Origin: an uncultured Pelagibacteraceae bacterium
GTDB lineage: Bacteria; Pseudomonadota; Alphaproteobacteria; Pelagibacterales; Pelagibacteraceae
Reading direction: 5' to 3'
Assembly (NCBI GenBank): GCA_902524045.1
Contig: CABZBT010000001.1
Span: 1-55,044 of the forward strand
Length of the DNA stretch: 55,044 nt
The notes under the pieces were generated by a model. The model was not told the origin of the DNA, did not search any database, and was given only the letters and a program-made list of their open reading frames with translations. This document shows, in pieces, positions 9,593-17,483 of this stretch (its first letter is position 1; every line of letters starts with the position of its first letter). Both the position numbers and the translations under genes were made by a program.

Positions 9593-10332
9593 TATTGAGC
9601 TCCTAGATAAGCTTCTATTACACGTTTATCACTTTTTATTTCATCTGGTGAACCATTGGCTAGCATCTTTCCGTGAGCCAAACAAAAAATGTTTTCAGCT
9701 AATTGCATAATCACTCTCATATTGTGTTCAATGACCAAAAGAGTAATTCCGAAATCTTGATTTACTTTAATTAATCTATCTATAATTCCATTAATTAATG
9801 TTGGGTTAATCCCAGCTGTTGGCTCGTCCAATAATAACATTTCTGGCTCATTCATTAATGCCATAGCTAACTCCAATAATTTTTGTTGTCCAAAAGATAA
9901 ATCGCCTGCCCTCAAATTCCTTTTTTGATATAAACCCACAAAATTTAATAAATTTTCTGCTTTTTCCGTGAGTTCTTTAGGAATCGTTGAAAAAATCTTC
10001 ATTAAACTTTCATCACTTCCTTTGTGACTGATTAGCATATTTTCTACACAATTTAATTTTCCATAAATTCGAGTCTGTTGAAAAGTTCTTAACAATCCAA
10101 GTTTCGCAATCACTGGAACTGGTAGATCTGAAACCTCCTTATCATTAAACTTAATTGAACCATTATCAATTGGGTATGTTCCTACTATTGAATTAAACAG
10201 TGTTGTTTTACCTGATCCATTGGGACCAATTAATCCAACTATTCTTCCTTTTTCAACATTCATTGAAATATCTACATTAGCCTTTACACCACCAAATGAT
10301 TTACTTACGTTGCTAACTTCTAAAATACTCAT
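9592..10332 (-). CDS. livG: Liv-type ABC transporter ATP-binding protein (LivG-like)
   Basis: GPNGSGKT, RTFQ, LSFGQ, LLLDEP, IEHNM and VIEAYLG motifs. Confidence 0.92.
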   Translation of the reverse strand: MSILEVSNVSKSFGGVKANVDISMNVEKGRIVGLIGPNGSGKTTLFNSIVGTYPIDNGSIKFNDKEVSDLPVPVIAKLGLLRTFQQTRIYGKLNCVENMLISHKGSDESLMKIFSTIPKELTEKAENLLNFVGLYQKRNLRAGDLSFGQQKLLELAMALMNEPEMLLLDEPTAGINPTLINGIIDRLIKVNQDFGITLLVIEHNMRVIMQLAENIFCLAHGKMLANGSPDEIKSDKRVIEAYLGAQ

Positions 10333-11387
10333 TTAAGCTCCACCTGTGCTTTACGATCTTTTTCATCCACAACTTCACCAAATCTTTCAGGGTATTTTTC
10401 TCTCAACCATCCCATTATTCCCTCTGGGAAATAAATTACGATAACTACAATTAAAACTCCCAGCGCAACATATTGCCAACCTAAAAAGAATGTCCAAAAC
10501 CCTTCTTTAAAAATATGAAATACTGTTGCACCAATTATTGGTCCCCAAAGAGTTCCTTTTCCACCTAAGATTGCCATTAGAACCATGAATACTCCCATCT
10601 CTCTTCCATCAAAAGCAACATCTGTTGAATCAATATATCCAACTAAGCCACCCATGATTCCTCCAGCTAAACCACAGAAGAAAGCTGATATCATCCAGCC
10701 AACTATTTTATATTTCATTGTTTCAATACCCATTGCTTCAGCCTTATCTTCATTATCCCTAATTGCATTTAAAATTAATTTAAATCTTGTAGAGTATATT
10801 CCTCTAACAGTTATAAAAGTCAGGACTAAAACAAAAAAACTTAGAAAATAGAAAAATTCACCTCTGGAGTCTAAATTTCCAACATCAGGAAATGGTGGGG
10901 TAGTGAAACCCTGTCCTGCACCAATAATTTCAATTCCTCCAGAAATCTCACCTGCTGCAACTCCTAAGCCTAATGTACAAATTGCAAAGTAATGTCCTCT
11001 TAGTCCTAAAATTGAATATCCAATTAGGCCTGCTACAATGGCAGGCACAACCGCAGCAACTATTAAACCAAAAGCCATTCCTTGAAAAAATTGTGTAGGG
11101 GTGTGTACAAATGTTTTTTCACCACCACTTTCTGTCCACTCAGCCAACGGAAAAAACATTCCGACTTGTACTGAGGCACATAGATACATACCAAGTCCAT
11201 AAAATAGTATGTTTCCAAACGAATTATATCCCATTTCTCCGCCTTGAATATTCCAAGTAGTTGCCAAAACTATTAATACACAAAGTATAGATAGCTGTAC
11301 TTTAAAAGCTGGAAATAAGAATGGAGCGACTATGCCAAAAATTAATATCCCGATATATAAAATTAGGTTATTTTTAGTGATACTCAT
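10329..11387 (-). CDS. livM: Liv-type ABC transporter permease (LivM-like)
   Basis: LRGHYFAI, AIRDNE, ILGGKGT and PEGIMG motifs. Confidence 0.9.
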   Translation of the reverse strand: MSITKNNLILYIGILIFGIVAPFLFPAFKVQLSILCVLIVLATTWNIQGGEMGYNSFGNILFYGLGMYLCASVQVGMFFPLAEWTESGGEKTFVHTPTQFFQGMAFGLIVAAVVPAIVAGLIGYSILGLRGHYFAICTLGLGVAAGEISGGIEIIGAGQGFTTPPFPDVGNLDSRGEFFYFLSFFVLVLTFITVRGIYSTRFKLILNAIRDNEDKAEAMGIETMKYKIVGWMISAFFCGLAGGIMGGLVGYIDSTDVAFDGREMGVFMVLMAILGGKGTLWGPIIGATVFHIFKEGFWTFFLGWQYVALGVLIVVIVIYFPEGIMGWLREKYPERFGEVVDEKDRKAQVELK

Positions 11388-12277
11388 TTTAAATATTCTC
11401 TTTTTCTTGAAAGTTTAAATCTTCTATAAACAAGTATTAAAACTAACAATAAAAATACTGACCCAATTCTAAATTCTGTGCCAAGTATGTAGTCTGCAAA
11501 TTCCTCGAATACACCTAAACCCATTCCTGACATCGCAACACCAGGTAAGTTTCCTAATCCTGCAACAATAACAATCATGAAAGATCTAATTGTGTATGGA
11601 AGTCCCATATATGGGTGAATTGTAAAGGTAATAGATATTAATGCCCCAGCAACACCACACAGAGCTGCATTAATTCCAAAAGTAGCTGCGTAAACTTTTT
11701 CTGTATCTACACCTAAAATCTTTGCTGCTCTTGCATTTTGGGCTGTAGCTCTAATTGCACGGCCTAGTTTAGATTTTTTCATATAAATAACTAAACAAAC
11801 AGCAAACAAAATACTTATGAACGCTGAAAATATTTTTGAATTAGGTAACACAACATTATTATTAAATAACATAGTTGTTCCATAATCTGAATTTGCAAGA
11901 ACAACATCTGCTCCAAATGCGAAGTTCATTAATTGCATGAATAGAATGCTTATTCCAAATGTTGCTAAAATAGAGATAAATAAATCTCTGTCTACCACTT
12001 TATTAATTACGAGTTTGTAAATTGCTATACCAACAAAATACATTACTACGGGAGCAACAATAACTCCCCAAGCTGGATGAATTCCATATAGATACATGAA
12101 GTAAGCAATGTATCCACCTAGTATAACAAGATCTCCTTGGGCAATATTAATTATATTCATTACTCCCCATTGAAGTGCCATGCCATATGCAATCAATGCA
12201 AATAATATTCCAAGTAAAACTCCATCCAAACATGCTTGAATGGAAATCATTGGATATTGAAAGACCATGAAATCCAT
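11384..12277 (-). CDS. livH: Liv-type ABC transporter permease (LivH-like)
   Basis: GVMNIINIAQG, LGRAIRATAQN and AGLGNLPG motifs. Confidence 0.9.
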   Translation of the reverse strand: MDFMVFQYPMISIQACLDGVLLGILFALIAYGMALQWGVMNIINIAQGDLVILGGYIAYFMYLYGIHPAWGVIVAPVVMYFVGIAIYKLVINKVVDRDLFISILATFGISILFMQLMNFAFGADVVLANSDYGTTMLFNNNVVLPNSKIFSAFISILFAVCLVIYMKKSKLGRAIRATAQNARAAKILGVDTEKVYAATFGINAALCGVAGALISITFTIHPYMGLPYTIRSFMIVIVAGLGNLPGVAMSGMGLGVFEEFADYILGTEFRIGSVFLLLVLILVYRRFKLSRKREYLK

Positions 12278-12288
12278 AATCAGTCCTT

Positions 12289-12331
12289 TAAAAAAATACC
12301 CCCTAAAAAAATTATATGTTAGGGGGTATTT
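12289..12331 (-). terminator. Intra-operon hairpin/terminator after the binding-protein gene
   Basis: aaataccccctaa ... ttagggggtattt, followed by a U-run on the minus strand. Confidence 0.8.
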
Positions 12332-12343
12332 ATAGATTTGTTT

Positions 12344-13582
12344 TTATCTTTCAGACCATGAAGGAATTGGGTGAATTAACTTAGCTGATGCCCATTTAGT
12401 TGGAGCAACAACTTTATTTTCACATTTTCCTGCATCATCACACATTACTTGAAAAAGTACCATTGGCTTATCAACATTCTGACCACCTTCAGCAAATTTT
12501 ATGTTTCCATAAAAAGTTTGCATATTTGTAGCTGCAAGAGCATCTCTTACTTTCTTTTGATCAAAAGAATTTGCTCTTTCAAATGCATCTTTAAATACCA
12601 ATAGAGCAGCTGATGATTCCGCTGCTTGATATGGAGGCGCATAACCAAACTCTTTGGTAAAGTCTGCGTCATAAGTCATACCATCTTTAAAGAAGTCATC
12701 TTTATAAGTAAGTGTTTTATGCCACTGAGAAGCGCATAAAGCATATTGCGAGTTTTTTCCATGTTGCTTTGATAATTTAGCTGCATCACAGTGTGTCATA
12801 GCTAACATTGGAACATCTACTTTCATTTCAGATATTTGTCTAATAGCAGTAAGTGCACCTTTAGTATGGCCTGAAACTACTAAAACATCCGGTTTCATTT
12901 GCTTCACTTTTACTAATGTCGCCGCCATATCGTTTAGCTCTTTTGGTAATTTATCGTCGATTACTTTTTTAGAGCCTGTTCTTTTAATTGCATCTAAAAC
13001 TCCAAGTCTAACGTCTTGTGAAAACGCATCCTGTTCAAATGCCATCGCAACAGTTACACCTTTTCCATTATTCTTTTCAACCGCCAGATCAATAGCAACA
13101 TCAAGATATAAATTAGCAGGAGCTAATACAGCAAATAAATATTTGTAACCTTTTGTAAACAAAGATCTAGATGCACCATTTGCTTCAACCATTGGAACAC
13201 CATACTTTTCAGTTACTGGAGCTATTGCTTTAGTTAATCCTGAACTATATGGCCCAAGCATAAACTCAACACCGTCTTGTGATATAAGTCTTTCTGCAAG
13301 TTGTGCTGCTCTTTTTGGGTTTGATTCATCATCATAATAAATAATGTCAAACTTATAAGTTTTTCCACCAACTTTTACTCCACCCATGCTGTTAATTCTA
13401 TCAACGGCCATGTTGTAACCGTTTTGAGTATGAACACCATTAGATGAATATTTTCCAGTTAATGAAATAGCTGCACCTAACACAATTTTATCACCAACTA
13501 CTTTTGCAAGTGATACAACTGAAGTTGAGAGTAAAATCGCCAATGCAGAAATAAAACTTAAAATTATTTTATTTAATCTCAT
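12344..13582 (-). CDS. Liv-type ABC substrate-binding protein; likely dicarboxylate/glutarate binding from context
   Basis: Signal peptide; ISLTGKY, YYDDES and LGPYSSGLT motifs; same strand and cluster as glaH; strong RBS. Confidence 0.88.
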   Translation of the reverse strand: MRLNKIILSFISALAILLSTSVVSLAKVVGDKIVLGAAISLTGKYSSNGVHTQNGYNMAVDRINSMGGVKVGGKTYKFDIIYYDDESNPKRAAQLAERLISQDGVEFMLGPYSSGLTKAIAPVTEKYGVPMVEANGASRSLFTKGYKYLFAVLAPANLYLDVAIDLAVEKNNGKGVTVAMAFEQDAFSQDVRLGVLDAIKRTGSKKVIDDKLPKELNDMAATLVKVKQMKPDVLVVSGHTKGALTAIRQISEMKVDVPMLAMTHCDAAKLSKQHGKNSQYALCASQWHKTLTYKDDFFKDGMTYDADFTKEFGYAPPYQAAESSAALLVFKDAFERANSFDQKKVRDALAATNMQTFYGNIKFAEGGQNVDKPMVLFQVMCDDAGKCENKVVAPTKWASAKLIHPIPSWSER

Positions 13583-13673
13583 TTTTATTTCCTTCTGTTA
13601 TTAATTAATTAATATCTAATTAAATAAAGAAATTCACAGTAATGCAAGTGTCAAAAATTACAGATTAATAAGT

Positions 13674-14288
13674 TTAATATTGTTGGGTAACAACAATTAT
13701 TAATGCAATAATTACTAAAACACTCGCAGAGATTGTATTTATTGTTTTTGGATTTGCTTTTATCCATATTATTAATTTCTGCGCAAGGATTGCATAACCA
13801 ATCAAAGATAAAAAATCTAAAAAAATATAAGTTGTAATTAATATTATAAATTGACTTATATAGTTTGAACTAAAATCAATAAACTGTGGAAATATAAAAG
13901 GAAAAAACATCCAGGCTTTAGGACTTGTTCCTGCAACAATAAAACCATCTTTGAAAAAAGACAAATTACTTTTTTTAGTTTCCATTTTATCTTTTATATC
14001 GTTGGGTCTGGACTTGTAGATATCATAAGCAAGATATAATAAATAAATTATTCCTATCCATTTAAAAATATTTAAAAATATTGAGCTTTCTGAAAAAAAG
14101 GATCCAATTACAAAGATTACTAATGTTGCTTGAATAAAATTTGCCGAAACATCACCAAGTGCAGACCATACACATCTACCAATTCCATAATTCATTGAAT
14201 ATGAGATAATAACAATTCTCGGGCTACCTGGAGTAATAAACAAAAAAATAATAATTTGTAGATACAGTATAAAATCTATGGGGAGCAT
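13674..14288 (-). CDS. rhtB: LysE/RhtB family translocator
   Basis: ITPGSP, FKWIGIIYLLYL and F..GF.V..TSPKAW motifs. Confidence 0.88.
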   Translation of the reverse strand: MLPIDFILYLQIIIFLFITPGSPRIVIISYSMNYGIGRCVWSALGDVSANFIQATLVIFVIGSFFSESSIFLNIFKWIGIIYLLYLAYDIYKSRPNDIKDKMETKKSNLSFFKDGFIVAGTSPKAWMFFPFIFPQFIDFSSNYISQFIILITTYIFLDFLSLIGYAILAQKLIIWIKANPKTINTISASVLVIIALIIVVTQQY

Positions 14289-14292
14289 ATAG

Positions 14293-14346
14293 AAAAAAAG
14301 ATAGTCCTTAAAAACCGGGAGCTAAAGATGGCTAAGAAGGACTATC
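14293..14346 (-). ncRNA. Hairpin motif copy 2: leader/attenuator or sRNA directly upstream of rhtB
   Basis: Minus strand reads GATAGTCCTT-cttagccatctttagctcccggttttt-AAGGACTATC-T7; perfect 10-bp stem plus U-tract; stem ends 11 nt before the rhtB ATG. Confidence 0.75.
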
Positions 14347-14353
14347 AAATCAC

Positions 14354-14382
14354 ATTATATCAAGTCTTAAATAAAAATGCAT
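14354..14382 (-). promoter_or_regulatory. Sigma70-type promoter firing into the hairpin/rhtB leader
   Basis: ATGCAT-17 nt-TATAAT with extended -10 (TGaTATAAT); predicted +1 at about 14346, the first base of the stem. Confidence 0.65.
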
Positions 14383-14411
14383 TAACGATTTTTTTGGAAT
14401 ATAAAGGATTT

Positions 14412-14708
14412 ATGAAAAAAAAAGGTCACAGGCCGCTTACTCGTGTCAAAAATCCAGAGCCTGATATTGAAAGTCCAGATTGGGTCATATGGGCTGCTTG
14501 GGCAGATAGGATCACTTTCGAAGAGATTGAAAATAAAACTGGTTACAAAGAATCTGATATTATTAAGATAATGAGAAGATCCCTCAAACCTTCATCATTT
14601 AGATTATGGAGAAAAAGAGTTAATCAAAAAAGTATCAAACATAGAAAAAAGTTTGAATATTCTCGAAAACAAATTACTAGTAAAATTAAAAAAGGTGATT
14701 ACCTATAA
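14412..14708 (+). CDS. TIGR03643/DUF2805 family protein
   Basis: WAAWADRITFEEI and MRRSLKPSSFRLWRKRV signature; ATG at 14412 with AAGGA RBS preferred over 14328. Confidence 0.85.
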   Translation: MKKKGHRPLTRVKNPEPDIESPDWVIWAAWADRITFEEIENKTGYKESDIIKIMRRSLKPSSFRLWRKRVNQKSIKHRKKFEYSRKQITSKIKKGDYL

Positions 14709-14711
14709 TTT

Positions 14712-14966
14712 ATGAAGAAAATTAAAATTTATACTGGTCCAATGTGTAATTACTGCGAAGCAGCGAAAAGACTACTTACAAGAAATAATGCAACTTATGA
14801 GGAAATAAATATTTCAAATGTTGAAGGTGCAATGGAGGAAATGATAAAGAAATCTAACGGAAAAAGAACAATACCACAAATTTTTTTTGATGAAAACCAT
14901 ATTGGTGGATATGATGAAGTGAGAGCGTTAGAAAAAGAAAATAAACTTCAAGACTTACTAAAATAG
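14712..14966 (+). CDS. grxC: Glutaredoxin 3
   Basis: CNYC active site; TIPQIF and HIGGYDE motifs. Confidence 0.92.
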   Translation: MKKIKIYTGPMCNYCEAAKRLLTRNNATYEEINISNVEGAMEEMIKKSNGKRTIPQIFFDENHIGGYDEVRALEKENKLQDLLK

Positions 14967-14981
14967 TCTCTATAATAAAAA

Positions 14982-15530
14982 TTAATCTTTGACAAAAACT
15001 ACTGTTAGTTCTGCTACCTTAATTCCAAATTTAGTCATTGTAGCCCGATTTATTGCAACACGGTCATCTTGTTTAAAAATCCAATCATCGAAAGTAATTT
15101 TTATTTCTTTGCCTTTTAGTGGAACTAACAAAACATACTCAAATTTAAATGCTGGACCAAATGAGTATCCTTTTGCTTTTCCAACGACATCTCCAGCAGT
15201 TCCTTCATAATTATTGTCATCAATTTTTGTTATCTGCCATTGTCTATTTTGAATTTCACCATCATCCCAATTGAACTTTTCATCTAGTATTAATTTTTTT
15301 CCATCCCACTTACCGTTTAAGTCAGCAGAAAATTGTCGAGTTACTTTTCCAGATCTATTTTGCAGAATCCCCCAAGCTTTAACATTGCCAGACAAGTAGT
15401 TCTCAATTACGAGTCGTGGTTCTTTATTTTCAAAATCTTCTGGTTTCATAGTGCTATTTTGTGAGCAGTTTGTAATTAAGAATAGTAAAATTATCAATAA
15501 AATTGATTTGATATTTTTAGTTATAATCAT
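14982..15530 (-). CDS. DUF3833 family lipoprotein
   Basis: Lipobox LITNC; YLSGNVKAWG, FDDWIF and NRATMTKFGI motifs; ATG at 15530 after GAGGTG. Confidence 0.85.
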   Translation of the reverse strand: MIITKNIKSILLIILLFLITNCSQNSTMKPEDFENKEPRLVIENYLSGNVKAWGILQNRSGKVTRQFSADLNGKWDGKKLILDEKFNWDDGEIQNRQWQITKIDDNNYEGTAGDVVGKAKGYSFGPAFKFEYVLLVPLKGKEIKITFDDWIFKQDDRVAINRATMTKFGIKVAELTVVFVKD

Positions 15531-15546
15531 GTACACCTCTGATATT

Positions 15547-16725
15547 CTATTTATTTTGAAGTGAAAATTGAATTAAATCTATATTTTTTGATTTAAAACC
15601 TGCCTCACAGTAAGAAAGGTAAAATTCCCACATTCTTTTAAAAGTTAAATCAAATCCTAGTTTTTTAATTGTATCCCACTTTTGATTAAACTCATTTCTC
15701 CAAATAGCTAATGTGTTGGAGTAATGATCAGCGTAAGTGTCGTATGATTTAATAGTCAAACCATTTTCTGATGCATATTTATTTATAATACCTTTACTGG
15801 GTAGAAAGCCCCCAGGAAAAATGTATTTTTGAATAAAATCTTTTTTAGTTTTATATCTATCGAAGATATTGTCATCAATTGTTATAGCTTGGATAGCAGC
15901 TTTTCCATTATTAGACAAATTATTTTTAATGGTTTGGAAATAACTTTCCAAATAATCTTGACCAACAGCTTCAATCATTTCGATAGATGCGATTGAATTA
16001 TATCTATCCTTTAAATCTCTATAATCTTTTATTTCAATATTTACTTTTTCATTTAAGCCACATTTGTGAATTCTTTTTTTTGCATATTCAAATTGTTTTT
16101 TTGAGATAGTAATACAGTCTAATTTTACGTCATATTTTTTTCCAAGATATTCTGCAAAACCGCCCCAGCCACAACCAATTTCTAAAATTTTGTCACCGTT
16201 ATTTGGTCTTATTAAATCTATTAATTTTTGATATTTATTATTTTGGGCATTTGTCAGATCTTTATTTCTTTCGTCAAATATTGCACTAGAATAAGTCAAG
16301 GTCTTATCGAGCCATAGACCAAAAAACTCATTTCCTAAATCATAATGTTTAGAAATATTTTCTCTACTTCTTTCTCTAGTATTCTTAATGAAAGTATTTT
16401 TAAAATAATTGATTAATGGAAAATCCAGTAAACCAGAAAATTTATGGATTATCTTAATATTTCTTGCTGTGATCTCAATTAAATTAGAAAGATTGTCGGT
16501 TTCAAATTCATCTTTCATATAAGATTCTGCAAAACCAATGCTTCCTCCTTTTATTAAATTGAAAATAAAATTTGGTTTTTTTATTTTTAAAACTGCTTTT
16601 AAAGAACTTTGTTGATCACCAAATTTTAAAACTTCTCCAGTGTGTTTTATTATTTCTAATTGTCCATATTTAATATCTTTCAATATTTGAAACACTATTT
16701 TATCTGTAAAATTATACAAAAACAT
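15547..16725 (-). CDS. cfa: Cyclopropane-fatty-acyl synthase family SAM methyltransferase (UfaM-like)
   Basis: HYDLGNEF, LEIGCGWG, SIEMIEAVG, IFPGG and WEFYLSYCEAGF motifs. Confidence 0.92.
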   Translation of the reverse strand: MFLYNFTDKIVFQILKDIKYGQLEIIKHTGEVLKFGDQQSSLKAVLKIKKPNFIFNLIKGGSIGFAESYMKDEFETDNLSNLIEITARNIKIIHKFSGLLDFPLINYFKNTFIKNTRERSRENISKHYDLGNEFFGLWLDKTLTYSSAIFDERNKDLTNAQNNKYQKLIDLIRPNNGDKILEIGCGWGGFAEYLGKKYDVKLDCITISKKQFEYAKKRIHKCGLNEKVNIEIKDYRDLKDRYNSIASIEMIEAVGQDYLESYFQTIKNNLSNNGKAAIQAITIDDNIFDRYKTKKDFIQKYIFPGGFLPSKGIINKYASENGLTIKSYDTYADHYSNTLAIWRNEFNQKWDTIKKLGFDLTFKRMWEFYLSYCEAGFKSKNIDLIQFSLQNK

Positions 16726-17483
16726 TAATTCTCAAAAGTTATGTTATTTTTTATTTTAAATTTTTTCTTTATAAATCTTATTCCTTTGGCCCACAATTTG
16801 AACGCTTCAAAATGTATCGCTGAAATAATCTTAAATGTCATTAAAGGGTGTTTTATGTATGATTTCAATAACTCCCAGCTTGAGAAATCAACTCGATTTC
16901 CATCTTGAGAGGCAAATAAAATTTTCTCATCTAATTGATATTGGTCTATGACAACTAATATCTTTTCTGCTGGTTTTAAACTTTTAAAAAAATAATTACA
17001 ATTCATCTCCATAAAAGGAGATACATGAAATTTTTTTGAGCAGCTATGTTGTAAAAGATCATTATTTTCTGTTTTAAAAATATAAGTATGTTGTTCTCCA
17101 AAAGTATTTTTTACTTCATATAAGATTGAAACTAAGTTTTCTTTTTTATCGTAAACAAAAAAAATACTTAAAGGATTGAATACATATCCAAAAATCCTTG
17201 GATAACATAATAGTTTTACTCTTATATCATCTGAGTTAATGTTATTTTCTCTCAAATTTTTTTTTACCCATTTAACTAATGATGAACCGTCTCTTGCACC
17301 GTGATCTTTATCATAAAAACTGATTAAATTGAAAGTGTTATAAGAAAAAAAACTTATATTTTTATTTAAATCTTTCAGATCATATAAATCTATAAGCAGT
17401 GAAAATACCCTATACTTGAAAAAATGTTTTTTTGGTTTAAATCTTTTATGAATTACTGTTCCATTGTAGATTGAACTAGTCAT
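16725..17483 (-). CDS. DUF1365 family protein (UfaO-like)
   Basis: HKRFKP, PRIFGYVFNPLS, EVKNTFGEQH, KKFHVSPF and IHFEAFKLW motifs. Confidence 0.9.
   Translation of the reverse strand: MTSSIYNGTVIHKRFKPKKHFFKYRVFSLLIDLYDLKDLNKNISFFSYNTFNLISFYDKDHGARDGSSLVKWVKKNLRENNINSDDIRVKLLCYPRIFGYVFNPLSIFFVYDKKENLVSILYEVKNTFGEQHTYIFKTENNDLLQHSCSKKFHVSPFMEMNCNYFFKSLKPAEKILVVIDQYQLDEKILFASQDGNRVDFSSWELLKSYIKHPLMTFKIISAIHFEAFKLWAKGIRFIKKKFKIKNNITFEN

Noticed and set aside
6811-14346. Interpreting the repeats as CRISPR, IS ends or prophage att sites
   Set aside because: Only two copies 7.5 kb apart, with no spacers, cas, transposase, integrase or tRNA.
14328-14411. Longer N-terminus for the TIGR03643 protein given by the ORF track
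   Set aside because: It overlaps the hairpin and the rhtB promoter; ATG 14412 has an AAGGA RBS and is closer to the family core.
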